Shown here piece by piece: positions 8,601 to 17,058 of a stretch of 32,000 nt of DNA. Source of the DNA: Ferroglobus placidus DSM 10642. GTDB taxonomy: Archaea; Halobacteriota; Archaeoglobi; Archaeoglobales; Archaeoglobaceae. The DNA is taken from contig NC_013849.1 of assembly GCF_000025505.1 (NCBI RefSeq), positions 570,001 to 602,000 of the forward strand, given 5' to 3'. The notes beneath the pieces are model-generated. The model was not told the origin of the DNA and did not search any database. It saw only the letters and a list, made by a program, of their open reading frames with translations. The translations under genes were made by a program, and so were the position numbers. Within the stretch, counting starts at the first letter, position 1, and each line of letters opens with the position of its first letter.

Positions 8601-10856
8601 GACAGCACGGATCAAATCTGCATCGCCTGTCACAGCCTTAACGGTAGTTACGCATTAACAACTGCTAACTACGCTCACAGCCTCGATCCGGGAACTTCTG
8701 GCGGACCTGACTGTGTTGCCTGCCACGACATCGGTGGCTTCGCACCTAACGTTGATGTCATGGCTATGAAATCCGGAACTCATGCTAATCTGAACAGCGG
8801 TGCGTACAATGCAACCAAGCTGACAGACGAAATTGACAAAGCTTGCTGGGCATGCCATGGGGATGGAAGCGAGCCCGAGAAGCATCCGACCAGTTACAAG
8901 AATCCAAAGCAGTGCGAAGACTGTCATCTCAGCGGAGCATTCAATGCTCCAGTTGTAGCTAACCACTTCTCCAACGGAGCGAGCATAAAGGTGAATTCAA
9001 CATGCGTTGATTGCCACAGCAAGAACGAAATGCTTACCGCATACAGCGACTCTTCTGTAACAGTCATGTCAGCAGTTAGCCACTACGGCAAGAAGAGAGC
9101 AGACTTACTAACGCCTTCTCAGTACGACACTTACGACGTTAAATGCTCCTACTGCCACCAGAACACAACGACAGCATTCGCAGATGTCATGAAGAGCAGC
9201 TTCAGCTATAACGTGCCGGATCACTCAGATTCTCCGAACTCGCCGAGCTGTGTAGGATTGTGCCACGGATACGGAAGAATGCACGATGAAACGCTCAGCA
9301 AGAAGTCTCTGACAACTTCCAGGATGTGTCTCGACTGCCATTCTGCGGGAGGAAAGTTCAAGCACAACGGAACTGTTGACTGCTTCGTCTGCCACATGGA
9401 TCCCTCAGATTCGATAGGCAAGGCTCAAATACACGGAATTAAGTATCTCCAGAAAGACGGAAGCTTTGTAATGTATCAGCCAGCAAATGCGGTTGATTGC
9501 TACACATGCCATGCAACCGCCAACGTATCGCAAGTGCTGACATCTTATGGCTTAACAGCTCCTCAGATTACATGGTTGGGACACTCAACCGGGCAGAAGT
9601 GGGGAGTGTACTGGACAACAGATAACCAAGCCTGCGAATACTGTCATGGTGATACCAAGCACAACACAACTGCGCTTGGTAGAATCTCTCTCATAGCAGA
9701 CACATCAACGCTCGACAGCTTGGTATGCGCAGCTTGTCATGCAACAGACTCAGCCAACTACGCCGGAGATAAATGGTCTCCAACACCGCCAAGCATTGTC
9801 GGAACGGCTATAAATGAAGAATGGGTCAGCCACGACTTCCTCGGAGGAGATTACAGAGCCTCGAACTGTGCTGCATGCCACAATCCGGATGCTGCAGACG
9901 TTACCCAGCTTGCACACGACGTTAAAGCTGCAGCTGGAGGCTGTATTCAGTGTCATGCCAACCAGAGCGTTGCTTATGTTAACGTGAATGCAATGGGAAG
10001 ACACGCCAACGTTGACGGAGATGCAAATCTTACTGACAAAGACTGCACAACCTGCCATTTCGACATAAGCGGCAAATTCTCCGCTAACTACAAACCGATT
10101 GCCGGAGTTAACGTTTACAGCTGCGAAGACTGCCACGTTAACGGTAATCCGGTTAGCGTTCCGGCAGATGTGCAGATTTCGTCCTTCCAGCACGGTCTAA
10201 ACGACTGCAAGTCATGCCACATCGTCAGTTACGGATATCACTACGCTTCTCCGCTCGGTGATGTAGCAGCACTTCCAAGCTTCAGCTCGGATTATAGAAC
10301 GAATGAAGCAACGAGGGTTAACCTGTGCAACGACTGCCACCACAGAATGAACGCTGACGATGAGCCGTTCCACGCTCCCGGAATAACTCCAGCAATGGCG
10401 GGTTACTCCTCATGCGGCAGTGGAGGGTGGTGTCATGGTGGAAGCAGAGAAACGACGGATCCGCACTACGTTAAGCAGATATATCAATCGCCGTGGTTCT
10501 CATACTCGCTGAACATGCCCGATAACGTGTCCGGAAAGTTCAATGCATCTCTAAAGATATGGACAAACAACATACAGATGCACTACGGATATTACGAGGT
10601 GATTGACAGCTTCGGCAATGTAATCCTTAGAGCGAATCTCACTCCAGATGATGGAGAATGGGGACAGAGTTACGCAAACTGGGGAAGAGACAGCATTGAA
10701 AGCTTCACGATTTCAATCGATCCGTCTGGCTGGATGCCCGGCAACTACACCGTAAAGTTCTACGTGATGAGGGACGCTCCGAAAGTCGATCCGTCGAAGC
10801 CGTACTACATGAACGGCTACATACTGACTGTGAGCAAGCAGTTTGCAGTTCAGTAA
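5658..10856 (+). CDS. Giant secreted multiheme c-type cytochrome (1732 aa, 37 heme-type motifs: 33 CXXCH + 4 non-canonical), with extra N-terminal domain and Thr-Pro linker
   Basis: Signal peptide MNVGRILLLLTFVAVLAAVSA; (TP)n linker; beta-sandwich-like region (YTDSSGLAKASFDL); 33 CXXCH plus CYDTCH, CTNSTCH, CVGLCH, CGSGGWCH. Confidence 0.93.
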   Translation: MNVGRILLLLTFVAVLAAVSAAQEYDGSVAKVVILKNGVPELYFSKGDKVEFRVYSYVGDQKDLKLKLYNYKGDRFKEMRFSKKGDYYVAYWTADREGWIYYVITSRDKIRNIWGYIVVGNNDIGSIKLYKDGVESESFVQGDYVYVKIKTTDKDKVRRVLISNWAGDVRSLDGDEVEIISSTENELYFRFYLGNYLTEHLYPDKWASLRVETDRGIKASTPFFFGEAAPTPTPTPTPTPTPTPTPTPTPTPTPTPTAQGEVLKLSFDRLAVLDDPNSGSAASGFQNPPKSWGSDWWYGRATTITAYALVMNGTPVANAQVTFKLIAPDGSVKKQVTAYTDSSGLAKASFDLNNANFYGYWKIVAESGALSAEQTFVYNWWGCAWCHGNEKLTDHGTYTPKSPFVMGYDFHRNPKKGEHVDPIVDGRCTVCHQSYDAIPHDSYAMQGKDAIKNAPPADQYPAGIHKDKVQCEDCHEQSTVRYARPEVPGCYDTCHPLKNFNLTAIFTTTGYSVGGSYRSFYAYDVNTGEPAKAHTSQKTVPCLSCHNAAHNNTKPYVGADNSYTENEQCLSCHGYKHGTSVTNCVGCHGQDAHLVKAPKAGNCIECHKVGGFAPNVDVEAFNISVHANLNANAASSSGYPSVVGACWACHYNGTEPQSHDTAAFRNPKKCEDCHLSGNYGAPVVEEHIRFGRDITVNTYCTDCHSLGEMLNAFKDPEVTKNSTVSHYARKRIDLRTWDSGISDNCSYCHQNTTTVFSIVMSDVWSKNVPPHATNYPSPSCTNSTCHNSGLIHSSSLTKPTLTDTYCQNCHSKQFHNNAIDCSTCHLENGMPKNIHGIKYLTSSGTFTSNPSDAVDCTSCHQPGSSTSGILNAPVIPDPLKHSSDSSGQKWGSYWMTELESCYYCHGDTKHEAKALGNVSNLTLDPANVMNSSSLTTRWCYGCHVAGYQYYMGTSLNPQPPAIDVNNLGSANWLNHSSFVSADSTDQICIACHSLNGSYALTTANYAHSLDPGTSGGPDCVACHDIGGFAPNVDVMAMKSGTHANLNSGAYNATKLTDEIDKACWACHGDGSEPEKHPTSYKNPKQCEDCHLSGAFNAPVVANHFSNGASIKVNSTCVDCHSKNEMLTAYSDSSVTVMSAVSHYGKKRADLLTPSQYDTYDVKCSYCHQNTTTAFADVMKSSFSYNVPDHSDSPNSPSCVGLCHGYGRMHDETLSKKSLTTSRMCLDCHSAGGKFKHNGTVDCFVCHMDPSDSIGKAQIHGIKYLQKDGSFVMYQPANAVDCYTCHATANVSQVLTSYGLTAPQITWLGHSTGQKWGVYWTTDNQACEYCHGDTKHNTTALGRISLIADTSTLDSLVCAACHATDSANYAGDKWSPTPPSIVGTAINEEWVSHDFLGGDYRASNCAACHNPDAADVTQLAHDVKAAAGGCIQCHANQSVAYVNVNAMGRHANVDGDANLTDKDCTTCHFDISGKFSANYKPIAGVNVYSCEDCHVNGNPVSVPADVQISSFQHGLNDCKSCHIVSYGYHYASPLGDVAALPSFSSDYRTNEATRVNLCNDCHHRMNADDEPFHAPGITPAMAGYSSCGSGGWCHGGSRETTDPHYVKQIYQSPWFSYSLNMPDNVSGKFNASLKIWTNNIQMHYGYYEVIDSFGNVILRANLTPDDGEWGQSYANWGRDSIESFTISIDPSGWMPGNYTVKFYVMRDAPKVDPSKPYYMNGYILTVSKQFAVQ
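6343..6430 (+). repeat. Low-complexity repeat encoding a Thr-Pro linker
   Basis: Degenerate ACnCCn repetition encoding (TP)n. Confidence 0.8.
6804..7376 (+). repeat. Partner copy of 12573-13145
   Basis: See 12573-13145. Confidence 0.85.
7464..8711 (+). repeat. 12-heme-motif module A of giant cytochrome 1 (motifs 8-19, 416 aa)
   Basis: Motif series CIECH, CWACH, CEDCH, CTDCH, CSYCH, CTNSTCH, CQNCH, CSTCH, CTSCH, CYYCH, CYGCH, CIACH parallels module B. Confidence 0.8.
8712..9941 (+). repeat. 12-heme-motif module B of giant cytochrome 1 (motifs 20-31, 410 aa)
   Basis: CVACH, CWACH, CEDCH, CVDCH, CSYCH, CVGLCH, CLDCH, CFVCH, CYTCH, CEYCH, CAACH, CAACH with matching spacer sequence (e.g. GFAPNVDV, QIHGIKYL, GQKWGxYW). 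Confidence 0.8.
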
Positions 10857-10895
10857 AAAATTTTTAAAATTTTAATTTTTATTTTAAAATTTTTC
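10857..10895. terminator. AT-rich region between convergent genes, candidate bidirectional terminator
   Basis: AAAAATTTTTAAAATTTTAATTTTTATTTTAAAATTTTTC between convergent stops (10856 and 10879). Confidence 0.4.
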
Positions 10896-12003
10896 TCAAC
10901 ATTGCGGCTGAAGTAATTGAGAGGATTAATACTTCCACTCCAAGTGGGCTTTCTTTTGAAGTCTTTTCGTCGTTCCAGTATTTTACGGAAAAAGTCTCGG
11001 CTGGTATTTCGCTTTTGTTTACTATAGCCAGCCATATACTCCTGTTCTCCCTGAATATGGCTGACTGGTAAGCTACGATAACTCTGTCTTTTTCTATCAG
11101 AACGCTTTTTTGGTCGCATTTGAAGTTGAAAGGCTCTTCGAGCTGAGAAATGTACTCCACATTTCTCGACAGCTTTACAGGCTTGGTCCAGTTCACACCA
11201 TCTCTGCTGCTGATAAGATATACTTCCTCGTTGCCCTCCACTGTTGACGTGTAGGCAATCCAGATTCTCTCATCATCCGCCTTGGCATCGTTGTAGAGTG
11301 TGAAGTTTAGGGGAGGCGTGGAGGTTATTCTCGCGTGATTTTTCAGCTCGTAAGGTGAATCGCCATAGGCAATGAATATGTCGTGGTTGTTGAGGAGAGT
11401 CAGATTATCTTTGTCTCCTGTAAACTTCGCGTAGTTCATCCACCATTTTCCTTTGAATTCAAACAACTTTCCGAAAATGTATTCACCGTCTGGCGGAATT
11501 ACCACTTTCGCTTCGCTCCACGTTATGAAATCACGGCTTTCTCTTACGTAAATCCCGGTGCTTCCGTTCTCTTCAGCTACGCTGTACGTCAGCCAGAACT
11601 TTCCGCTTTTATCCTGATAAAGGTGTGGATACCAGTCTATCTTTTCGCTTTCCGCAACCGGATAAGGTTCGACCCAGTTCACACCATCGTAGCTGTAGGT
11701 CGCGTATATGTCGTAGTCGAATCCGTATTTTATCGACTCCGGATTTATTATCTCGTGCTTAACGTAAACGACTCTGAAAACTCCGTTTCTGTCGATGATA
11801 AACCACGGATGATAATCTCCCTGCTTCGTTCCGGGTATTTTCACAGGAGCGCTCCAGCTTTTTAAATCCTTCGAGCTTGTTATGTATATTCCGTCGTCGC
11901 CCTTGAAGACCATCCAGTAAGTGTCGTTAAATTTTTCCAGAACCGGATAACCTCCGTTGAACAGGTATATCAGCGTAACCAGAACAGCAGCAGTCTTCAG
12001 CAT
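10879..12003 (-). CDS. Secreted Asp-box/BNR-repeat (sialidase-like beta-propeller) protein
   Basis: Signal-like N-terminus; repeated Asp-box-like motifs SSKDLKSW, YSYDGVNW, ESRDFITW, SSRDGVNW; C-terminal hydrophobic segment. Confidence 0.65.
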   Translation of the reverse strand: MLKTAAVLVTLIYLFNGGYPVLEKFNDTYWMVFKGDDGIYITSSKDLKSWSAPVKIPGTKQGDYHPWFIIDRNGVFRVVYVKHEIINPESIKYGFDYDIYATYSYDGVNWVEPYPVAESEKIDWYPHLYQDKSGKFWLTYSVAEENGSTGIYVRESRDFITWSEAKVVIPPDGEYIFGKLFEFKGKWWMNYAKFTGDKDNLTLLNNHDIFIAYGDSPYELKNHARITSTPPLNFTLYNDAKADDERIWIAYTSTVEGNEEVYLISSRDGVNWTKPVKLSRNVEYISQLEEPFNFKCDQKSVLIEKDRVIVAYQSAIFRENRSIWLAIVNKSEIPAETFSVKYWNDEKTSKESPLGVEVLILSITSAAMLRKILK

Positions 12004-12101
12004 GTCTTCTGCTATGGTGCGGTGGTATTTATACTTTTTAAGACCCTCTCTATGATAAGCATAGTAATTATATACTGGGATTACCAGAAATTATATACGG
12101 G

Positions 12102-15100
12102 GTGAATCCAATGAAAACCCGCTTTTTAACTGAGGTAGCTTTATCAATTTTGCTTCTACTTGTAATCATCCCGATCACTGAGGCTCAGGAATTTAATGTA
12201 AAACTCTCTCTCGACAGGCTTGTTGTTCTTGACGATCCGAATTCTGGCAGTGCCGCTTCGGGATTTCAGAACCCGCCTAAAAGCTGGGACTCGGACTGGT
12301 GGTACGGAAGGGCAACGACGATAAAGGCGTACGCTGTAGTTCTTGGAGAAGAAGGTGCTTTGTCGGGTGTTCAGGTAACTTTTAGACTTATAAACCCGAA
12401 CGGTAATGTCGAATACACCACCACAGCAACGACCAACGCTGCGGGAATTGCGGAATTCGAATACGATATGAACAACAAGAATTACTACGGCTACTGGAAG
12501 GTTGAGGCTGAGGTAACCCTCGACGGAGTTACAAAGAGGGCGGAGCAAACCTTCGTTTACAACTGGTGGGGATGTGCGTGGTGTCATGGAAACGAGAAGC
12601 TGACAGACCACGGCACCTACACGCCGAAATCACCATTCGTAATGGGCTACGACTTTCACAGGAATCCGAAGAAGGGTGAGCATGTTGATCCTATAGTGGA
12701 CGGCAGGTGCACGGTGTGCCACCAGAGCTACGATGCAATTCCGCACGACAGCTACGCTATGCAAGGAAAAGATGCAATTAAGAACGCTCCTCCTGCCGAT
12801 CAGTATCCGGCTGGTATTCACAAAGATAAGGTTCAGTGCGAAGATTGTCATGAGCAATCGACGGTCAGATATGCTCGCCCTGAAGTTCCAGGCTGTTATG
12901 ACACGTGCCATCCACTAAAGAATTTCAACCTCACGGCAATTCTCACAACCACCGGCTACTCGGTTGGAGGCTCTTACAGATCCTTCTACGCCTACGATGT
13001 TAACACGGGAGAACCTGCTAAGGCTCACACATCTCAGAAAACCGTGCCCTGCTTGAGCTGCCACAACGCAGCTCATAACAACACCAAACCTTACGTCGGA
13101 GCAGACAACAGCTACACCGAAAACGAGCAGTGCCTGAGCTGCCACCTCAACGGTCAGCACTCCACAACAAATCCTGTTGATTGTGTTGACTGCCACAGTC
13201 AGGATGCCCATTCAATAAAGGTTGTGAAGAAGGGAGGAGGCTACGATTCTCCCTCTTCGAGCAATTCAGTACTTAAAAAGGATTGCGAGGAGTGTCACGT
13301 TTCAACAACCGGGAGCTTTTTCGAATCAAAAGGATACTCACCGAGGACTGACAGCTTTGGCAATAGCATAGCGAAGCACGCCGGAAAAGTTGATTGCAAA
13401 GACTGTCATGGAGATGAGAGCAGATTCCACAGAATAGCTTATCTGAGTTCTGACGGTAGTTTTGCTGACAAGCAGAGTGCATCGTACTGCTTCGACTGTC
13501 ACACGAATTCCGGAGCAAATTCTTACATAGAATCTAGAGGATACTATCCGCTAGCTATAACTTCCTTCCAGCATGGAAACGCGAGCTACGATGGTAAAAA
13601 CTGGGGCACTTACTGGAGTTCAGACAGAGAAGCATGTTACTACTGCCATCAGAGGTCTCCGCATGGAGATGTTAAAGGCAACGTTTCTGGACTGGATGTT
13701 AAAGCGGATTTATCTGGAAAAGCCTGTGCCGCATGTCACGTTAAAAGCTATTCGGGCTATATCGGAGACAGGTTGAACCCCGAACCTCCTGCAATTGACG
13801 TGAACAACACCGGCAGAGCTAAAAATTCAGCTGGAGAGGAATGGTATAACCATACGAGGTATCTTGAAGACTACAACGATGCAACGTGTTTTGGCTGTCA
13901 CGCACCTTCTCCGGACTTTCCGAGGGACTTCTACGCATTCGTCCACAACGTGGAAGAGGGATTAAGACCGGGGGCTGATTGCGCTTCTTGCCACGATCTG
14001 AACGAAAGACCGCCGAAAAGAGTGGATGTTTCAGCTTTTTCAAATTCGGTGCACGCCAATCTCAACAGCAACGCCTTAAACAGCACACCGGTAAATCCGC
14101 TGAGTAAAGCATGCTGGCTGTGTCATGGCGATGGGACTGAGCCGTCGGATCATCCCGACAACTATAAGAATCCGAAGAAGTGCGAAGATTGCCACCTCTC
14201 AGGAAATTACGGAGCTCCAGTTGTGGAGGAGCATATAAAGAGTGGAAAGCATGTTAAGGTTTCGGCGGAATGCTGGGACTGTCACGGCATTTCCGAGATG
14301 GTTGTTTTAAACTCGGACGAAGAAGGATCGAGTAAGGCTTTCGCAAGTCATTACGCGAAGCTGAGACAGGACTTATGGGTAAGAGGGTATTCGGGGGATG
14401 TCGGTCTGGATTGCTATTACTGTCACCAGAACGCAACATCGGCATTTAAAGCAGTAATGAAGAACGAGAATCACACCTACATGCCGGATCACGGTCTGAA
14501 TGACAGATCTTGTTGGGCTTGTCACGGGTTGGAGATGCATGTAAGATTGGACAAGCCTTCGGTTTCAAACACTTACTGCAAATCCTGTCATTCAGGCTAC
14601 GAGCTGCACAACGGAACTGTCAGCTGTTACGTCTGTCACATGGACGGAAGCGATACCACATACGACTCACCAAAAGCCCAGATTCACGGAATAAAGTACC
14701 CGTCTGCAAACGGCTACACTTCAGTAAAAAGCAAGGGGTGCTACGGATGCCATACGGGCAAGCTGAGCAAATCCACAAATGCCTGGGGAGTTTCTGTTCC
14801 AACAATTCCCGAATTCAGCCACAGCAACTATCCAAATAACGGAACGAGGTGGGGAGATTACTGGAATAGCGTTGATGATGCTTGCATATACTGTCACACC
14901 CCTGCCGTTCACAGCTCGAATTTGAAAGGAAACGTTTCGATTGTTAAAGGTTCGAACAGCTACAGAGCAGATTTAGCAAACTCATACTGGTGTTCCGCGT
15001 GCCACTACTCCTCGTACTCAGGATACAAAGGAGATTCCCTCAATCCTACGCCTCCTGACATCGCATCCTATTCAACCCCCTCAGACGGCATAAAGTGGTT

Positions 15101-17030
15101 CGATCACTCTTCCTATATCTCCTCAGATTATTCCGATGCGAAGTGCCTTGAGTGCCATGGAGAGAATGTCGTGAGAAGCAATGAGTTCGTCCATGCCGTT
15201 AAAGAAGGAGTGGGAGGAGCTTGCATGGATTGCCATACCGATCCTTATTATTCCTCGGTTGCTGTGAACGTTTCATCCTTTGGGAGGCATGCGAAGGTTG
15301 ATGGAAGAGAAGGCTTAGATGTCGATGACTGCAGGATCTGCCACTATTCTCCGTGGGAAATGCTCAGGAGTGGGTGGACTATCGTAAGCGTGACTTGCGA
15401 GGATTGTCATAAAGGAAACGTTCCAGAAGATGTCAAGATAACAGCTTTCCAGCACGGGAGCAACAGCTGTATTGATTGTCATGCGGGGGGCGGTTACGAG
15501 AAAGGTAAGCTTTACCACTATGACTTCTCCACGCCCTATGGATCTGTGAAGGATCCAGGGTGGAGCGAATGGAGCAAGAGCGTCGTTGACTGCTACGACT
15601 GCCATGTCAGCCATGCAAAGAGCGAGCCGTTCTACGCGATTGGAATAAGCAGCTACATGGCAACGAGCTTTTCATCCTGTGGCGGAGTTAACTGTCACGG
15701 AGGTGGAACTGTTCACAATGTCGTTAAAAGTCCGTACATGTATCCTCCGTTTGTCAGAGTCTCGATTGAGAGAAACATGGTACTCGAAGGAGAAACCGTT
15801 AGCGTTTCAGCCGATATATGGGGATACGACGTCCAGATTAACGATTCTTGGTATGAAGTGCTGGATGCAAAAGGCAACGTCCTTCTTTCCGGTAAAGCCT
15901 TACCGTCTGATGGCAGTTTCGGAGGACTCAAAAACGGATATGGATACGAGAGGGTTGAATTCAGCTTCAACGCAAACTTCGAACCCGGAGTTTACGAGGT
16001 AAGAGTGTATGCTGAGAAGGATACCGGTATGACTTCTTATGGCGAAGCCGAGCTCATTGTTGGGGCTGCTGGCAGCTCTGCTGCGAACTTCTACTTCGAA
16101 TCATGGAATCTCGACGGAACGCTGACGAACTGGGCTTTCGGAGGTAGCGGAACGCTTGAGAAGAGCAGCATTTCAAAGTCCGGATACTCTGCCAAGATCA
16201 CAGCAACCAGCGAGGCTTGGATCGAGAGCATAAAATTCCCTGTTGAAAGCAATAAAGAATACCTCGTAATCGTGTTCGCCAACTTCAGCAATAAGGTCGG
16301 TCTGACAGTGAAGAAGTGGAGCAATAATGCTCTACTGGAAACGACCCCAGAGGTCGTGGCTGAAGGAAATCCGGGAAGGTGGATAGCTTTTGGAACGGTG
16401 GTGAATTCCGGAAACGCCGACAATCTTTCAATACTGCTTAAGGTTTACAGCGGATACGCTTACTTCGACAACGTGTCTGTCGTAGCAGTTCCTCTGCTTG
16501 AGAACAGGGCAGTAAACGGGGAATTTGAAGAGGATGAAGATGCTTATGCGAGCTACGAAAAATCTGACGAGAACGTAAAAGCCTGGGAGCCGAAGAAGGT
16601 TAGCGGTTTCGTTTTGCCGGCAAAATATCCGGGGAGAGGTAGAGTTCTGGCTGTGCTTGGAACGGGATACTGGACTTCAGCGTATCAGGACGAAAGCTTC
16701 AGCACAGCTGCGAGAAGCTACGCAAGGGATTACGGGATAAGGATGTCTGGCGAATTCATCATCCTCGCGGACATCTACAAGTCATCCGAAGGTTTCGGAG
16801 GAGTTGAGCTGACATTCTGGGACTGGAGTTTCGATCAGGCGAAGAATAACCTTGTAGAGGATGGCTCTTACAAAGTTGGATTCTACGACAGTACCGACTG
16901 GAGAACTGTGGTAATCATAGACGACATGAATAATGCGAATTTGCTCCAAATAAAACTCAAGGGAGAGAACGTTAAAGAGCTAATGTTCGATAGAGTCAGA
17001 TGCTACTTGAACGAGGGAGTGGTAAACTAA
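12102..17030 (+). CDS. Giant secreted multiheme c-type cytochrome (1642 aa, 31 heme-type motifs: 29 CXXCH + CYDTCH + CGGVNCH) with C-terminal jelly-roll/CBM-like domain(s)
   Basis: Signal peptide; motif series counted directly; C-terminal 'AANFYFESWNLDGTLTNWAF...YFDNVSVVAVPLLENRAVNGEFEEDEDA'. Confidence 0.93.
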   Translation: MNPMKTRFLTEVALSILLLLVIIPITEAQEFNVKLSLDRLVVLDDPNSGSAASGFQNPPKSWDSDWWYGRATTIKAYAVVLGEEGALSGVQVTFRLINPNGNVEYTTTATTNAAGIAEFEYDMNNKNYYGYWKVEAEVTLDGVTKRAEQTFVYNWWGCAWCHGNEKLTDHGTYTPKSPFVMGYDFHRNPKKGEHVDPIVDGRCTVCHQSYDAIPHDSYAMQGKDAIKNAPPADQYPAGIHKDKVQCEDCHEQSTVRYARPEVPGCYDTCHPLKNFNLTAILTTTGYSVGGSYRSFYAYDVNTGEPAKAHTSQKTVPCLSCHNAAHNNTKPYVGADNSYTENEQCLSCHLNGQHSTTNPVDCVDCHSQDAHSIKVVKKGGGYDSPSSSNSVLKKDCEECHVSTTGSFFESKGYSPRTDSFGNSIAKHAGKVDCKDCHGDESRFHRIAYLSSDGSFADKQSASYCFDCHTNSGANSYIESRGYYPLAITSFQHGNASYDGKNWGTYWSSDREACYYCHQRSPHGDVKGNVSGLDVKADLSGKACAACHVKSYSGYIGDRLNPEPPAIDVNNTGRAKNSAGEEWYNHTRYLEDYNDATCFGCHAPSPDFPRDFYAFVHNVEEGLRPGADCASCHDLNERPPKRVDVSAFSNSVHANLNSNALNSTPVNPLSKACWLCHGDGTEPSDHPDNYKNPKKCEDCHLSGNYGAPVVEEHIKSGKHVKVSAECWDCHGISEMVVLNSDEEGSSKAFASHYAKLRQDLWVRGYSGDVGLDCYYCHQNATSAFKAVMKNENHTYMPDHGLNDRSCWACHGLEMHVRLDKPSVSNTYCKSCHSGYELHNGTVSCYVCHMDGSDTTYDSPKAQIHGIKYPSANGYTSVKSKGCYGCHTGKLSKSTNAWGVSVPTIPEFSHSNYPNNGTRWGDYWNSVDDACIYCHTPAVHSSNLKGNVSIVKGSNSYRADLANSYWCSACHYSSYSGYKGDSLNPTPPDIASYSTPSDGIKWFDHSSYISSDYSDAKCLECHGENVVRSNEFVHAVKEGVGGACMDCHTDPYYSSVAVNVSSFGRHAKVDGREGLDVDDCRICHYSPWEMLRSGWTIVSVTCEDCHKGNVPEDVKITAFQHGSNSCIDCHAGGGYEKGKLYHYDFSTPYGSVKDPGWSEWSKSVVDCYDCHVSHAKSEPFYAIGISSYMATSFSSCGGVNCHGGGTVHNVVKSPYMYPPFVRVSIERNMVLEGETVSVSADIWGYDVQINDSWYEVLDAKGNVLLSGKALPSDGSFGGLKNGYGYERVEFSFNANFEPGVYEVRVYAEKDTGMTSYGEAELIVGAAGSSAANFYFESWNLDGTLTNWAFGGSGTLEKSSISKSGYSAKITATSEAWIESIKFPVESNKEYLVIVFANFSNKVGLTVKKWSNNALLETTPEVVAEGNPGRWIAFGTVVNSGNADNLSILLKVYSGYAYFDNVSVVAVPLLENRAVNGEFEEDEDAYASYEKSDENVKAWEPKKVSGFVLPAKYPGRGRVLAVLGTGYWTSAYQDESFSTAARSYARDYGIRMSGEFIILADIYKSSEGFGGVELTFWDWSFDQAKNNLVEDGSYKVGFYDSTDWRTVVIIDDMNNANLLQIKLKGENVKELMFDRVRCYLNEGVVN
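12573..13145 (+). repeat. ~573-bp segment nearly identical to 6804-7376 (six N-terminal heme motifs)
   Basis: Protein is identical across the segment except IFTTTG/ILTTTG; most nucleotides identical, a few synonymous changes. Confidence 0.85.
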
Positions 17031-17058
17031 ATAAACTTCAGTGTAGATACGCAGTATA

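Noticed and set aside
9750-10193. 147-aa minus-strand ORF (and similar antisense ORFs at 7146, 6861, 12630, 12156, 15713, 16091, 20480)
   Set aside because: Antisense to giant cytochromes. Recurrent because the coding strand is repetitive and stop-poor in reverse; near-identical antisense ORFs (e.g. 6861/12630) only mirror the duplicated coding sequence.
11383-11865. 160-aa plus-strand ORF inside the Asp-box protein gene
   Set aside because: Antisense to a well-supported CDS with Asp-box repeats; no recognisable domain.
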